Shown here: piece after piece, positions 1 through 11,573 of the stretch
How the letters are laid out: the number at the start of each line of letters is the position of its first letter
How positions within the stretch are numbered: the first letter of the stretch is position 1
DNA from: an uncultured Holophaga sp.
Lineage (GTDB): Bacteria; Acidobacteriota; Holophagae; Holophagales; Holophagaceae
NCBI GenBank assembly: GCA_963664825.1
Contig: OY761614.1
Span: 128,001-192,000, forward strand
DNA: 64,000 nt
Direction of reading: 5' to 3'
Translations under genes and position numbers: made by a program
The notes under the pieces: model-generated
Seen by the model: only the letters and a program-made list of their open reading frames with translations
The model's database searches: none
Told to the model about the DNA's origin: nothing

Positions 1-24
1 ACCATCCAGTTCCGGCTCAAATAG
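1..24 (+). CDS. 3' end of an upstream gene, possibly a TonB-family C-terminus (partial)
   Basis: Frame 1 reads TIQFRLK-stop; an ending like xIxFxL is typical of TonB C-terminal domains, but only 7 codons are visible. Confidence 0.3.
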   Translation, partial: TIQFRLK

Positions 25-102
25 AACCCTTGGCAGCCAGTCCAGAGGAAGGGGGCCCTTGGAAGATGGTCCCCTTGCCCTGGATGGGTTAGGCTTCTGC
101 CT

Positions 103-1275
103 ATGGAAAAAGGACGCCCCGTCGTGGTCACGGGTCAGCAGATCGGCGTGGGGTGGACCCCCGCGCTTTCTGTCGTCAAGGCCCTGGCCGCGCTTTCCCT
201 TGCGAAAAGGCTGGGGGGCGAGGCCATCTACTGGCTCGCCGACGAGGACCATGATCGCCTGGAGGTGGCCTCTACGGTCATCTTCCAGGAGGATCGCCTG
301 CTGCGGAGGCGCATCCCCTTCGTGGCCCCGGAGGGCACGGCTGCGGGCTGGCTGCCCTGGACTGCGGCCCATCAGCAGGAGGTCGAAAGCTACTGGGGCC
401 CCCTGCCCCGCCCGGATCGGCCCACCCTGCGGGGTCATGTGCTCGCCCTGGGGAAACCGCTCTGGCGCAGGGGCCTGCGTTTCTTCTCACCCACCGACAG
501 AACCCTCCGGGATGCCATCCAGCCTGAACTGACGCGCTGGCGGGCCCTCGACCTGGAGGCCCACCTGCTACGACAGGCCCAACGCCTGGAAGCCGAAGGG
601 GTCGCGCTCCCCTTGGATCCCCGGGAACAGGCCGCCTGGTTCAGCCTGGACCCGGCCACGGGCCTGCGGAGGCGGCTCGAGAGGGGGGCGCCCTGTCCCG
701 CCGGAGCCTGGCTCAGCCCCGGCGCCGCCCTGCGCCCCCTGATGCAGTCCCTACTCCTCCCCGCCACCCACGCGGTCCTGGGCCCCGCCGAGCGCGCCTA
801 CTGGCGCCTCACGGAACCCCTCTGGAACCTGGTGGGGCTCAACCCTCCGGAGATCGTCCCCCGCCCCAGCGCCTTCGTATTGCCCAGGGGCCTGGCCCTG
901 GCCCCCAGCCAGCTGGAGGCCCTGCGGGCGGGCTACTGGGAGGCCTTTCTCCCCGACCATCCCCCCCTTCCCAGCCAGACCCTCGGCGCCCAGCCCGATC
1001 CCGCCTGGGGGCCGACCCTGGGCCACCGCTTCCGCCAGGAACTGGCCCGCACCCGCCAGCGCCTGCTCAAGCTGGATCGGCGCCTGTACCGGGACCATGT
1101 GGCAAAAATCCTGGGGGAAGACCCCGAACGCCTTCGCCAGAGGCTCTTCCCCTTCGGCAGGCCCCAGGAGCGGGTCCTCCCCGGCGCCCTCTGGCTCAAG
1201 GATGAGGCCCTTCTGGATCGCCTGCTGGAGGCGCTGGGCTCGGGAAGCCCGCTGGTGCTGGTGGAGGAGACATGA
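103..1275 (+). CDS. bshC: Bacillithiol biosynthesis protein BshC-like (compact, 390 aa)
   Basis: Motifs VVVTGQQ, YWLADEDHD, SPGAALRPLMQSLLLP, GPAERAYW and PQER match BshC; overlaps a bshB1-like gene. Confidence 0.75.
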   Translation: MEKGRPVVVTGQQIGVGWTPALSVVKALAALSLAKRLGGEAIYWLADEDHDRLEVASTVIFQEDRLLRRRIPFVAPEGTAAGWLPWTAAHQQEVESYWGPLPRPDRPTLRGHVLALGKPLWRRGLRFFSPTDRTLRDAIQPELTRWRALDLEAHLLRQAQRLEAEGVALPLDPREQAAWFSLDPATGLRRRLERGAPCPAGAWLSPGAALRPLMQSLLLPATHAVLGPAERAYWRLTEPLWNLVGLNPPEIVPRPSAFVLPRGLALAPSQLEALRAGYWEAFLPDHPPLPSQTLGAQPDPAWGPTLGHRFRQELARTRQRLLKLDRRLYRDHVAKILGEDPERLRQRLFPFGRPQERVLPGALWLKDEALLDRLLEALGSGSPLVLVEET

Positions 1276-1991
1276 CCGAGAAACTGGATCTGCTGGTCCT
1301 GGGCGCCCATCCCGACGACGCCGAAGTGCATGTGGGGGGCATCCTGGCCCTTTGCGCCAAGCGCGGCCTGAGGGCGGCCATCCTGGACGCCACCGGCGGG
1401 GACCTGGGCACACGGGGCACCCTTGAGACCCGGGAGCTTGAGGCCCGGGAGGCCGCGCGCATCCTGGGCGTGGACCGGATCATCCTGGATTTCCCGGACG
1501 CCCGCTTCGACGAATCCGAAGGCTTCCGGGTCAAGCTCATGGAAGTGCTGCGCCGCACCCGCCCCGAGGTGCTGGTGCTGCCCCATCCCGAGGACCAACA
1601 CCCCGATCACCGCCGGATCTTCCGCCTGGGGCGGGAGGCCGCCTACTACGCGGGTCTGAAGAACTTCCCCTGTGCAGGGGAACCCTGGCGCCCCAAGGCC
1701 CTGGCCTGGGTGGGGGGCATCAATCCCCCCACGGCCCCGGATCTGGTGGTGGATGTGAGCGAGGTCTGGGAGAGGCGCATGGCGGCCTTCGACGCCTTCG
1801 GCAGCCAATTCGGCAAGGGGGAAGGTCAACCCTGGACGCGCATCGCCCACCCCAGTTTCCGCGCCGGCATCCTCGGCCGGGCCATGCACTGGGGCAGCCT
1901 CATCCTGGCCGAACGAGCCGAGGGGCTCTGGTGCGAGAAGCCCGTGCCCCAGGCCCTGCTGAGGCTCATCCAGAGCCTGAACCCGAGCTGA
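1272..1991 (+). CDS. bshB1: Bacillithiol biosynthesis deacetylase BshB1 (PIG-L family)
   Basis: LGAHPDDAE, GDLGTRG, HPDH and AYYAGLK motifs; ATGA overlap with bshC. Confidence 0.8.
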   Translation: MTEKLDLLVLGAHPDDAEVHVGGILALCAKRGLRAAILDATGGDLGTRGTLETRELEAREAARILGVDRIILDFPDARFDESEGFRVKLMEVLRRTRPEVLVLPHPEDQHPDHRRIFRLGREAAYYAGLKNFPCAGEPWRPKALAWVGGINPPTAPDLVVDVSEVWERRMAAFDAFGSQFGKGEGQPWTRIAHPSFRAGILGRAMHWGSLILAERAEGLWCEKPVPQALLRLIQSLNPS

Positions 1992-2049
1992 AGCCTCCAT
2001 TCCAATCGCGGGAAAGCCCTGGGGGTTATTCCCCTGGTACTCTTGGTCC

Positions 2050-3924
2050 ATGGGTCTAGAACTGCTCGCCCCCGCACGAAACGCCGATCAGGGAATCCTC
2101 GCGCTGCGCTGCGGGGCCGACGCGGTCTACATGGGTGGAGCCCGCTTCGGCGCCCGGCAGGCCGCCGGGAACGCGATTAAGGACTTTGAAAGGCTCAGTT
2201 CGGAGGCCAGGCTCTGGGGCGCGAAGGTGCATGCGACCCTCAACACCCTGCTCTTCGATGGCGAACTGGAGGACGCTCGGCTCCAAGCTTGGGAACTGTA
2301 CGAGGCCGGTGTCGACGCCCTCATCATCCAGGACATGGCCTACCTGGAGCTGGATCTCCCGCCGCTGCCCCTGCATGCCAGCACCCAGGCGGCCTGCGAT
2401 AGCCCCGAGAAGGTGGCCTTCCTCGCCAGCGCGGGCTTCAGCCGGGCCATCCTCGCCCGGGAGCTGAGCCTGACTGAGATCCGGGCCATTCACGAGGCCA
2501 CAGACGTCGAACTGGAGGCCTTCGTCTTCGGGGCCCTCTGCGTGGGGGAAAGCGGACACTGCTACCTGAGCGGCGCCATCTGCGGGCGCAGCGGCAACCG
2601 GGGCGAATGCGCCCAGCCCTGCCGCGCCCCCTGGAGCCTGGTGGACGGGTCCGGCCGCATGCTCCTGCGGGACAAGCATCTCCTGAGCATCCGGGATCTG
2701 GACCTCTCCGGCCATCTGGAAGAGCTGGCGGATTCAGGCATCCGGAGCTTCAAGATCGAGGGCCGCCTCAAGGACGGGGATTACGTCAAGAACGTGGTCA
2801 GCCATCTGCGGAGTCGGCTCGACGCGCTCCTGGAGAAGCGTCCCGAGCTGGGGAGAGCCTCCCTGGGGCGCGTGAGCCGCGCCTTCGAACCCGATCCCTC
2901 CAGGACCTTCAACCGGGGCCTCTCCACCTACCGCCTCCAGGGGGAGCGCCAGCCCATGGGCACCCCCGAAGGAGCCAAGCACCTGGGCGAATTCGTCGGC
3001 GAGGTGCGCTCCATCCAAAGGGATCGGCTGGTGCTGGAGACGGCCGTGGAACTCCATCCCGGGGATGGCCTGGCCTTCGTGGATGGGGCCGAGGTGAGCG
3101 GCACGGTGGTCAATGCCGTGGAGACAGGGCGACCGAAGCCAAACCCGCAACGACCGGGCCATGCCCTGCGCCCGGTCTTCGTGCAGAACCCCTCCCGCAT
3201 TCAGCCGGGCACGCGCCTTCACCGCAACCTGGACCTCCGCTGGCTCAAGGCCTTGCGAAGCGCGAAAGTGGAGCGCCGGATCCCGGTGAAGGCCCTCCTG
3301 GACTTCCCAGAAGGGGCCGTGCGCCTGCGCCTGGAGGATGAGACAGGCCTCGGGGCCCAATCCCAGATCCCGGGTCCCTTCGCTTCCCCCAAGGAGCCTG
3401 AAGCCGCGCAGCAGGCCATCGGGGAAGCCCTCCGCCGCCTGGGGAATACGCCCTTCGCCTTGGCTGAGCTGGAGGTGGCCGAACCTCGCTTCGTGCCCGC
3501 CAGCGCCCTCAATGCCCTGCGCCGGGAGGCCGCGGCGTCCCTGGAGGCCCAGCGCCGGATGCCGAAGGAAAAATCGCGTCGGCCGGACTCCCCCCGGCCC
3601 TGCCCCCTGCCAACGCGGGAGCTGGACTTCACCTGGAATATCGCCAACCAGGCCGCCCGCGCCTTCTACGAACGCCTGGGCGCGCAGGTCCTGGAAGAGG
3701 CCGCCGAGCTGCAGCCGAGTCTCCAGGGCCGGGTGGTGATGACCACCCGCCACTGCCTGCGCTTCGAGCTGGGCTGGTGCCGCGTCCACACCAACCCGGA
3801 TCCCTGGGTGCGCCTCCAGGAGCCTTCGAGCCCCCTCTTCCTGGAAAACGGGCCCACCCGCCTGGAATGCCGCTTCGATTGCGCCCTGTGCCGCATGGAA
3901 CTACTCCTCCGGGAGCGGAGATGA
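2050..3924 (+). CDS. rlhA: Peptidase U32 family protein, RlhA-like 23S rRNA hydroxylase with DUF3656-type C-terminus
   Basis: ELLAPA, GADAVY, LHASTQ, the Fe-S cysteines in GALCVGESGHCYLS...NRGECAQPCR, KIEGRLK and C-terminal TTRHCLRFELGWC. Confidence 0.8.
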   Translation: MGLELLAPARNADQGILALRCGADAVYMGGARFGARQAAGNAIKDFERLSSEARLWGAKVHATLNTLLFDGELEDARLQAWELYEAGVDALIIQDMAYLELDLPPLPLHASTQAACDSPEKVAFLASAGFSRAILARELSLTEIRAIHEATDVELEAFVFGALCVGESGHCYLSGAICGRSGNRGECAQPCRAPWSLVDGSGRMLLRDKHLLSIRDLDLSGHLEELADSGIRSFKIEGRLKDGDYVKNVVSHLRSRLDALLEKRPELGRASLGRVSRAFEPDPSRTFNRGLSTYRLQGERQPMGTPEGAKHLGEFVGEVRSIQRDRLVLETAVELHPGDGLAFVDGAEVSGTVVNAVETGRPKPNPQRPGHALRPVFVQNPSRIQPGTRLHRNLDLRWLKALRSAKVERRIPVKALLDFPEGAVRLRLEDETGLGAQSQIPGPFASPKEPEAAQQAIGEALRRLGNTPFALAELEVAEPRFVPASALNALRREAAASLEAQRRMPKEKSRRPDSPRPCPLPTRELDFTWNIANQAARAFYERLGAQVLEEAAELQPSLQGRVVMTTRHCLRFELGWCRVHTNPDPWVRLQEPSSPLFLENGPTRLECRFDCALCRMELLLRERR

Positions 3925-5210
3925 GGGGACCCTGGGATGTGGTGGTGATCGGCGCGGGGCCCGCCGGGCTGCTGGCGGCGGGGCGCGCCGCCATGCTGGG
4001 GGCCCGGGTCCTGCTCCTGGAGAAGATGGAAAAGCCCGGCCGCAAGCTGCGGATCACGGGCAAGGGAAGGGGCAATATCACCAACATGAGGACCCTGGAG
4101 GAGCACCTTCAGGAGATCCACCCGGAGCCGAGATTCCTCCGCCAGGCCTTCCAGGCCTTCTTCAATGGCGATCTGATCGAGCTGCTGCGGGCCCAAGGGG
4201 TCGAGACCAAGACGGAGCGGGGCGACCGGGTCTTCCCGGTGAGCGACCGGGCCTGGGATGTGGCGGAGGCCCTGGTGGCCTGGGCGAGGCAGCAGGGCGT
4301 CGATATTCTCCATCACGCCAAGGTCGAGAGCCTGACCCTCCAGGAGGGGGCCTTCACGGGCCTCCTGTGCACACGCACGCCCTCGGGGCGGGTGGAGAGC
4401 ATCGAGGCTGGGTGCTGCATCCTGGCCACGGGGGGTCAGTCCTATCCCGCCACGGGTTCCACCGGGGACGGCTACCGCTGGGCCCAGGCCACAGGGCATC
4501 GGGTCACAGCCCTCCGGCCCTCCCTGGTGGGGATCGCAACCCGTCCTGCCTTTGGGGGCGCCCGGGGCTTGAGCCTCAAGAATGTGCAGCTGAGCCTCTG
4601 GATCGACGGCAAGAAGAAGGAGAGCGAATTCGGAGAGGCCGAATTCACCTCCCAGGGCCTGGGCGGCCCCATCGTCCTCAGGCTCAGCCGCCAGATCGTC
4701 GAGGCCAAGGCCGCAGGCCGGAAGGTGGAAGTGACCCTGGACCTGAAACCGGCCCTGGGTGCCCAGAAGCTGGAGGCCAGATTGCTCCGGGATCTCGAGG
4801 CCCATCGGGGCGACACCTGTCGGAATCTGCTGAAGCAGCTCCTGCCAGCCCAGCTCGTCGATGTGTTCCTCCGTGCCCTCGCCCTGGGACCGGCCGGATC
4901 CGCATCGCAGATCAAGGGCCCAAAGCTCAAGCAGCTGCAGGACCTCCTCAAGGAGCTGCGCTTCGAGGTGACCGGCCACGGGAGCTGGGAGGAGGCCATC
5001 GTGACGGCCGGGGGCGTCTCCCTCAAGGACATCGACCCCCGGACCATGGCCTCGAAAAAAATCGAGAACCTCTATTTCGCCGGCGAGGTCATAGATTTGG
5101 ACGCGAGCACGGGGGGCTACAACCTCCAGATCGCCTTCTCCACGGGCTGGCTGGCGGGGGAATCCGCCGCGCGGCAAGCGGCTCTGCCCGCACCTGCGCC
5201 GGGAGTGTGA
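3921..5210 (+). CDS. HI0933/BaiN-family NAD(P)/FAD-dependent oxidoreductase
   Basis: VIGAGPAGLLAA, GRKLRITGKGRGNITN, ATGGQSYPATGSTGDGY, VTAGGV and TGGYNLQIAFSTG; start placed at ATG 3921, overlapping the upstream stop. Confidence 0.9.
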   Translation: MRGPWDVVVIGAGPAGLLAAGRAAMLGARVLLLEKMEKPGRKLRITGKGRGNITNMRTLEEHLQEIHPEPRFLRQAFQAFFNGDLIELLRAQGVETKTERGDRVFPVSDRAWDVAEALVAWARQQGVDILHHAKVESLTLQEGAFTGLLCTRTPSGRVESIEAGCCILATGGQSYPATGSTGDGYRWAQATGHRVTALRPSLVGIATRPAFGGARGLSLKNVQLSLWIDGKKKESEFGEAEFTSQGLGGPIVLRLSRQIVEAKAAGRKVEVTLDLKPALGAQKLEARLLRDLEAHRGDTCRNLLKQLLPAQLVDVFLRALALGPAGSASQIKGPKLKQLQDLLKELRFEVTGHGSWEEAIVTAGGVSLKDIDPRTMASKKIENLYFAGEVIDLDASTGGYNLQIAFSTGWLAGESAARQAALPAPAPGV

Positions 5211-5220
5211 TGGCTTGCTC

Positions 5221-5367
5221 ATACTAAGTTGCGTTCAAAAGAAGAGGAATGAAGTCCAGGCGATCAAAGTCGCTCTGCTCTGGAATGGGCCCTATGGGCC
5301 GATTCCAGAGCTGCCGCTCTACGCAATCTGCTAACGCAGATCGCTATCCTTGATCGCACCCTAGTAT
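5221..5367. mobile_element. MITE-like non-autonomous element with terminal inverted repeats
   Basis: ATACTAAGTTGCGTTCAA (5221) vs TTGATCGCACCCTAGTAT (5350-5367) form a 15/18 inverted match with TA at both ends; internal hairpins GCTCTGGAAT..ATTCCAGAGC and ATCTGC-TAAC-GCAGAT; no ORF. Confidence 0.55.
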
Positions 5368-5654
5368 CAGGCCCCTTCGAGCCTAGCCACTTCGCGCTTG
5401 GTCCATTCCAGGATGAATCCGCAGATCTCCCCCAGCCCCTCGCTGGAGGCCAGGCCGCTGGCCTGACGCCAGGCAGCCAGGACCCGCGCTTCCCGGGCCG
5501 CGTCCAGGAAGCCGAGTCCCCGAGCTTCCTTGTAGTCCTTGAGGTGCTTCACCAGCTCGATCCGCCGATTGAGCGATTCCAGGATCTTCAGATCGATCTG
5601 GGAGATCTGCTCCCGGTAGTCTTGGATGACCGGATCGGTGTTCGAGCTTGCCAC
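5367..5654 (-). CDS. Chorismate mutase type II (stand-alone, ~95 aa)
   Basis: IQDYREQISQIDLKILESLNRRIELV...K...DAAREARVL matches AroQ; GTG start after a GGAGGG RBS. Confidence 0.8.
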   Translation of the reverse strand: MASSNTDPVIQDYREQISQIDLKILESLNRRIELVKHLKDYKEARGLGFLDAAREARVLAAWRQASGLASSEGLGEICGFILEWTKREVARLEGA

Positions 5655-5807
5655 ATGCCCTCCCTTTTCGAGGGTCCAGCGGCGCCCCCTGGCCAGTGTA
5701 AGGCGTCCTCCCAAGCTACAATTCACGTTTCCGCCCATCCCCCCTTTCCACCGGCATCTTCCTCCGTGCCTCCGTGGTGAACCTGCTCTTTTGAAGAGCG
5801 AAACCCT

Positions 5808-6791
5808 ATGAACCGTACCGAAGCCACCTGGCTCGACCAGATCCGCCACCGGGATGACGCCGTGCAGGGCCGCGTCCTGGTGGCCTGCTCCGGGGGCGGG
5901 GATTCCACGGCCCTCCTGGTCTTCCTCTGGAGCCTCCGGAAGAGCCTGGGCCTGGAGCTGGTGGTGGCCCACGGGAATCACGGATTACGCCCGGAGGCCG
6001 AGGCCGACGCGGCCTCCGTCCGGGAGCTGTGCCGCCATCTGGACCTCGACTTGGTGGAGGCCCACCTCGAGGTGAAGGCCCATGCCGCCCAGGCGGGGAT
6101 CGGCCTGGAGACGGCCGCCCGGGAACTCCGCTGGGCCTGGCTGAAGGCCGAGGCCGCTTCCGTGGGAGCGGCCTCGATCGCCACGGGCCATACCCTGGAT
6201 GACCACACGGAAACGGTCCTGGTGCGCATCGCCCGGGGGGGCGGCCTGGGTGCCCTCACGCCCCTGGCCGCCCGCCAGGGGTTGCGCTGGTCCCCCCTCA
6301 TCGAGGCCCGCCGGGAGGAACTGCGGGGCTACCTCCGGCAGAAAAACCTGCCCTGGCGGGAGGACGCCAGCAATGAGGAGGGCTTCACGGCCCGAAACCG
6401 CTGGCGGAAGCTGCTGGAGGAGATGCGCCGAGAGGCCCCGGCCCTGGACGCGCACCTCTGGGAGACCCATGCCCAGGCCGCCGAACTGCTGGACTTCCGG
6501 GAGGCCCAGGTCGCCGCCGGGGAAGGCCTCCGGTGGTGCATCCAGGACGCAAGGCTCAGCCTGAAGGGCCCCTTCCGGGAGGTGGAACTCCGCTGGACGC
6601 TGGAGGCCGCCTGCAGGACCCTGGGCTGGCCCCGGGAGGCCGCCCTCCTGCGGGATCTCAGCGCCTGGGTGCGGCCCCTCCTGGAGCGGAAACGCCGAAA
6701 AACCAAGCAGTGGGGCGGCTGGAGGCTGGAACCAACGAGCGGGAATTTCCCATGGACCCTCTCCCCTCCCCCGAATCTGCCCCGGAACTAG
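5808..6791 (+). CDS. tilS: tRNA(Ile)-lysidine synthetase (short form)
   Basis: PP-loop VACSGGGDS, HGNHGLR, ETAARELR, TGHTLDDHTET, WREDASN; lies upstream of ftsH. Confidence 0.92.
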   Translation: MNRTEATWLDQIRHRDDAVQGRVLVACSGGGDSTALLVFLWSLRKSLGLELVVAHGNHGLRPEAEADAASVRELCRHLDLDLVEAHLEVKAHAAQAGIGLETAARELRWAWLKAEAASVGAASIATGHTLDDHTETVLVRIARGGGLGALTPLAARQGLRWSPLIEARREELRGYLRQKNLPWREDASNEEGFTARNRWRKLLEEMRREAPALDAHLWETHAQAAELLDFREAQVAAGEGLRWCIQDARLSLKGPFREVELRWTLEAACRTLGWPREAALLRDLSAWVRPLLERKRRKTKQWGGWRLEPTSGNFPWTLSPPPNLPRN

Positions 6792-6863
6792 CGCATCCTT
6801 GGCCACAGAATGCGTCTTCCTTCCGGTTAGACTGGGTGGGAAGACGATCCCGTCGGAGGCTCC

Positions 6864-8798
<1,935 letters not shown>

Positions 8799-8803
8799 CA
8801 GCC

Positions 8804-10150
8804 ATGCTCTGGCACACCTCCAGCGGCAGTCTCTCCCTGAAGGAGCCGCTCTACTTAGGCATCCTCAATATCACGCCGGATTCCTTCAGCGACGGGGGCC
8901 GCTTCCGCGATCGGGAAGCGGCTCTTGTCCAGGGAAGGCGCCTGGTGGACTCCGGAGCGGCGGCCCTGGATCTGGGAGCCGAGAGCACCCGTCCGGGCGC
9001 CCAGCCCCTGGAGGAGGGCGAGGAATGGGCCAGGCTTCAGCCCGTATTGGAGGGCCTAGGGACAGCGCTGCCCCGGCTCCCCTTGAGCCTGGACACCCGC
9101 CATGTGCCCGTGGCCCTGAAGGGGCTCGGGAGAGGCGCCGCCATCCTCAATGACGTGGGCGGTTTCGCCGAAGGGGCCATGCTGGATCTCGCCCGGCACA
9201 GCGCCTGCGGCCTCATTGCCATGCGCAGCCGCATGGCCGATGGCCGCCTCCTGATGCCGCCCTACGACGACCCCACGCCCAAAAGCGCCGAAGAAGCCAT
9301 CGCGGAACTCCGGGGGATCGGCGACCGGCTCCGGAAGGCGGGCATCGCCCAGGAGCGGATCCTGCTGGATCCGGGCTTCGGCTTCGGCACCACCTACCTG
9401 GAAGACCTGGCCCTCTGGGAGGCCCTGCCCCGCCTCCCGGAGGCCCTGGGATGGCCCGCGGAAAGGATCTGCATCGCCATCTCCCGCAAGCGCTTCCTCG
9501 CGCGGAAGGCAGGCCAGCCTGAGCTTGCCCCCGACCAGCGGGATGGCCTCACGGAAGAGGCCCACCAAGAGGCCCGGAGCCTGGGTTTCAGGGTATTCCG
9601 CACCCATGCCATTCCGGAGCCCAGGATCCGCCCCGCCCGAATCGACGACGCCGCCGCCCTGGCAAGGGTGCATGTGGCCTCCTGGCGCGCCGCCTACCGG
9701 GGCATGCTCCCGGAATCCCATCTGGAGAGCCTCTCCGAAACCGAGCAGGAGACTCGCACCCGGGACCTCATCGCGCAACCCCTTGGCCCCCATCATCACC
9801 TGCTGGCCCTGGACCGGGGCGGGTTCATCCTGGGATTCGCAGCCACCGGCCCGACCCGGGACACGTCCAATGAAAACCTCGGAGAAATCTACGCCATCTA
9901 CCTCCATCCTGCGGTCTGGGGCCGAGGCTTCGGAGGGCTCCTCATGGCCCAGGCCCAGGCCACCCTGTGGAGGGATGGCTTCCAGGAAGCCATCCTCTGG
10001 GTGCTCGAGCGCAATGACCGGGCCCGGGCCTTCTACAAGGCCGGAGGCTGGACCCCGGACGGGCAAACCCGCACACAGTGGCAGGGAGGCATCGCCCTCA
10101 GGGAAGTGCGCTACGGTGTAAATCTCCAACATCCGATAGCCCTCGGATGA
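8804..10150 (+). CDS. folP: Dihydropteroate synthase fused to a C-terminal GNAT N-acetyltransferase
   Basis: GILNITPDSFSDGG, GAESTRPGA, LDPGFGFG, SRKRF and RTH, then in frame IRPARIDDAAALARVHVASWRAAY...AIYLHPAVWGRGFG...LWVLERNDRARAFYKAGGW. Confidence 0.88.
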   Translation: MLWHTSSGSLSLKEPLYLGILNITPDSFSDGGRFRDREAALVQGRRLVDSGAAALDLGAESTRPGAQPLEEGEEWARLQPVLEGLGTALPRLPLSLDTRHVPVALKGLGRGAAILNDVGGFAEGAMLDLARHSACGLIAMRSRMADGRLLMPPYDDPTPKSAEEAIAELRGIGDRLRKAGIAQERILLDPGFGFGTTYLEDLALWEALPRLPEALGWPAERICIAISRKRFLARKAGQPELAPDQRDGLTEEAHQEARSLGFRVFRTHAIPEPRIRPARIDDAAALARVHVASWRAAYRGMLPESHLESLSETEQETRTRDLIAQPLGPHHHLLALDRGGFILGFAATGPTRDTSNENLGEIYAIYLHPAVWGRGFGGLLMAQAQATLWRDGFQEAILWVLERNDRARAFYKAGGWTPDGQTRTQWQGGIALREVRYGVNLQHPIALG

Positions 10151-10181
10151 AGGGAAACCGAATCTTGAATGGGGTCTGAGC

Positions 10182-11489
10182 GTGGAATTACGGTATTTCG
10201 GAACGGACGGCGTGCGGGGAAGGGCCCTGGCCACCCCCTTGACCCTGGAGGAAACGGCCCGCTGGGGCCGCGCTTGGGGAGAGGTGGCGCGGGAGAAGGG
10301 CATCTGGGAACTGGTCATCGGCTGGGACCCCAGGACGAGTTCCGTGCCCCTGGCCGAGGCCTTCCTGAGGGGCCTGGACGGGAGGCTGCGCCCGGAAGTC
10401 CTGGGCATGGTCCCCACCCCCGCCGTGGCCTGGGTGACCCAGCGCCGCCCGGAAGCCTGGGGTCTGATGATCAGCGCCAGCCACAACCCCCCCGAGGATA
10501 ACGGCCTGAAGGGCTTCAACGGGGATGGGGAGAAGCTCGCCGAGGACGAGGAAGGAGCCGTGGAAGCGGCCTTCGAAGCCACGGCTCCCATCGGAGCCGA
10601 CCGCGTCGAAATCTCCCCGGATGCCGGGGCCCTGGAGGCCTACCTCGCCCACCTGGAAGGCCTGGAGCTGCCCCAGGACTTCCCGCTCATCGTGGATTGC
10701 GCCCACGGCGCCACGGCCCCCTGGGCGCCGCGGCTGCTGAAGGGTCCCATCCACTGGCTGGGCACGCCCTCGGACGGCCACCGCATCAACGTGGGGGTGG
10801 GTTCCACCCATCTCGAGGGTTTGCAGGCCGCCGTGCGGGCGCGCGGAGCGGCCGCAGGCGTGGCCTTCGACGGCGACGGCGATCGCTGTCTCTTCATCGA
10901 TCCCAGCGGCGAAGTGGTGGACGGGGACCAGCTCCTCTGGCTCCTCGTCCAGGATTTCCATCGCCAGGGCAAGGTCCTGCCGGGCCTGGTGGGCACTCTG
11001 ATGACCAATGGCGGCCTGGAGGAAGCCCTGGGCACCCTGGGCATCCCCCTGGTCCGAACGGCCGTGGGGGACAAGTTCATGGTCCGGGAACTGGCCGCCC
11101 GGGGCTGGGATCTGGCCGCAGAGGCCTCCGGCCACGTCATCCAGAAGCACATCGGCCCCTCCGGGGACGGCCTGGCCACCACCCTGGCCGTGCTCCGAGC
11201 CCTTCTCCACCGAAGCCCGGAACGGCGCTGGGACTGGCGCTTCCGCCCCTGGCCCCTGAAGCTGATCAACCTGGTGGCCTCCGAACGCCGCCCCGTGGAG
11301 GATTGCCAGCGGCTCCAGGGAGCCATGACGGACCTGGAAGCTAGACACGGCCAGGCCATCCGCATGGTGGTCCGCTGGTCCGGCACCGAACCCAAGCTGC
11401 GACTCATGGTCGAGGCTCGAGAGCTTTCCCGCATGCAGGAGGCCATCGAACATCTGGAGGAGGCGGCCAGGGCGGACCTTTCCCTCTGA
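10182..11489 (+). CDS. glmM: Phosphoglucosamine mutase
   Basis: YFGTDGVRG, MISASHNP, FDGDGDR, VGDKF, EASGH and RWSGTEPKLRLMVE. Confidence 0.93.
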   Translation: MELRYFGTDGVRGRALATPLTLEETARWGRAWGEVAREKGIWELVIGWDPRTSSVPLAEAFLRGLDGRLRPEVLGMVPTPAVAWVTQRRPEAWGLMISASHNPPEDNGLKGFNGDGEKLAEDEEGAVEAAFEATAPIGADRVEISPDAGALEAYLAHLEGLELPQDFPLIVDCAHGATAPWAPRLLKGPIHWLGTPSDGHRINVGVGSTHLEGLQAAVRARGAAAGVAFDGDGDRCLFIDPSGEVVDGDQLLWLLVQDFHRQGKVLPGLVGTLMTNGGLEEALGTLGIPLVRTAVGDKFMVRELAARGWDLAAEASGHVIQKHIGPSGDGLATTLAVLRALLHRSPERRWDWRFRPWPLKLINLVASERRPVEDCQRLQGAMTDLEARHGQAIRMVVRWSGTEPKLRLMVEARELSRMQEAIEHLEEAARADLSL

Positions 11490-11573
11490 AGGTCGCGGTG
11501 CGATGCCCCGTCAATTCCTGCTAGGCTTTGATCGATAGTAAGCCCGCCCTCAGCACTTCCAGGAGCCTCTCAG

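Noticed and set aside
5761..5781. CTCCGTGCCTCCGTGGTGAA short motif upstream of tilS
   Set aside because: Resembles a common dispersed intergenic repeat but occurs once here; cannot be supported
8804..9610. FolP as an acquired sul resistance gene
   Set aside because: Core ftsH-folP-glmM context and a normal DPGFGFG motif without the Sul-type insertion
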